This document shows positions 63,066 through 64,000 of a stretch of DNA of 64,000 bases, one piece after another. The notes beneath the pieces are model-generated. The model was not told the origin of the DNA. It was given only the letters and a program-made list of their open reading frames with translations, and searched no databases. The stretch spans positions 13,950,001-14,014,000 of the forward strand of contig OZ024753.1 of NCBI GenBank assembly GCA_964016885.1, written 5' to 3'. Source of the stretch: Eledone cirrhosa. Taxonomy: Eukaryota. The translations under genes and the position numbers were made by a program. The stretch's first letter is position 1, and the number at the start of each line of letters is the position of its first letter.

Positions 63066-64000
63066 ATGCCCTTCCTAACACCAACCACCTTACAAGCTAT
63101 GCTGGGTGGCTAAAATGCCCTTCCTAACACCAACCACCTTACAGGCTGTACTGGGTGGCTTAAATGCTCATCTTAACACCAACCACCTCACAGGCTATGT
63201 TGGGTGGGTTAAATGCCCTTCCTAACACCAACCACCTTACAGGCTGTACTGGGTGGGTTAAATGCCCTTCTTAACACCAACCACCTTACAAGTTATGCTG
63301 GGTGGGTTAAATGCTCATCTTAACACCAACCACCTTACAGGCTGTACTGGGTGGGTTAAATGCTCATCTTAACACCAACCACCTCACAGGCTGTACTGGG
63401 TGGGTTAAATGCTCATCTTAACACCAACCACCTCACAGGCTGTACTTGGTGAGTTAAATGCCCTTCCTAACACCAACCACCTTACAGGCTGTACTGGGTG
63501 GGTTAAATGCCCTTCTTAACACCAACCACCTTACAAGCTATGCTGGGTGGCTTAAATGCCCTTCCTAACACCAACCACCTTACAGGCTGTACTGGGTGGG
63601 TTAAATGCTCATCTTAACACCAACCACCTTACAGGCTGTACTTGGTGAGTTAAATGCCCTTCCTAACACCAACCACCTTACAGGCTGTACTGGGTGGGTT
63701 AAATGCCCTTCCTAACACCAACCACCTTACAGGCTGTACTGGGTGGGTTAAATGCTCATCTTAACACCAACCACCTTACAGGCTGTACTTGGTGAGTTAA
63801 ATGCCCTTCCTAACACCAACCACCTTACAGGCTGTACTGGGTGGGTTAAATGCCCTTCCTAACACCAACCACCTTACAGGCTGTACTGGGTGGGTTAAAT
63901 GCTCATCTTAACACCAACCACCTTACAGGCTGTACTTGGTGAGTTAAATGCCCTTCCTAACACCAACCACCTTACAGGCTGTACTGGGTGGGTTAAATGC
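63066..64000. repeat. 49-bp minisatellite (~19 copies, runs off window) derived from a minus-strand RTE-tailed SINE
   Basis: aaatgcccttcctaacaccaaccaccttacaggctgtactgggtgggtt unit; SINE 3' end at ~62935-63065. Confidence 0.95.

Noticed and set aside
49924-64000. GOLIM4 exon 2 (expected VYEHRSRLEKSL-like)
   Set aside because: No matching exon seen; presumably beyond the window

Overview
Eukaryotic, repeat-saturated animal DNA. The SINE/LINE repertoire and the huge (TA)n fields look like an octopus/cephalopod genome (inference). Only two host genes are supportable. The first is an uninterrupted ~806-aa HAP2/GCS1 (class II gamete fusogen) homolog on the minus strand (39090-41510), whose fusion-loop segment appears almost entirely deleted. 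The second is the first coding exon of a GOLIM4/GPP130 homolog on the plus strand (49752-49923); the two genes are head-to-head. The rest is mobile or repetitive: one near full-length CR1-type LINE, four near-identical copies of a second CR1-type LINE, RTE LINE fragments (one with a 5' inversion, one with an embedded PHD finger), a CRE-clade remnant, two Penelope-like elements, about nine hammerhead-ribozyme motifs, many Nin/Deu-domain SINEs, Tigger/hAT/Tc1-type DNA elements, minisatellites, a 200-N gap and about 16 kb of degenerate (TA)n. The most striking non-genic pattern is that LINEs inserted in (TA)n are flanked by long, slipped, sometimes reiterated copies of their own target sequence, suggesting retrotransposition-coupled microsatellite expansion. 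The long I/Y/M/C/V/H/T-rich ORFs are microsatellite artefacts.
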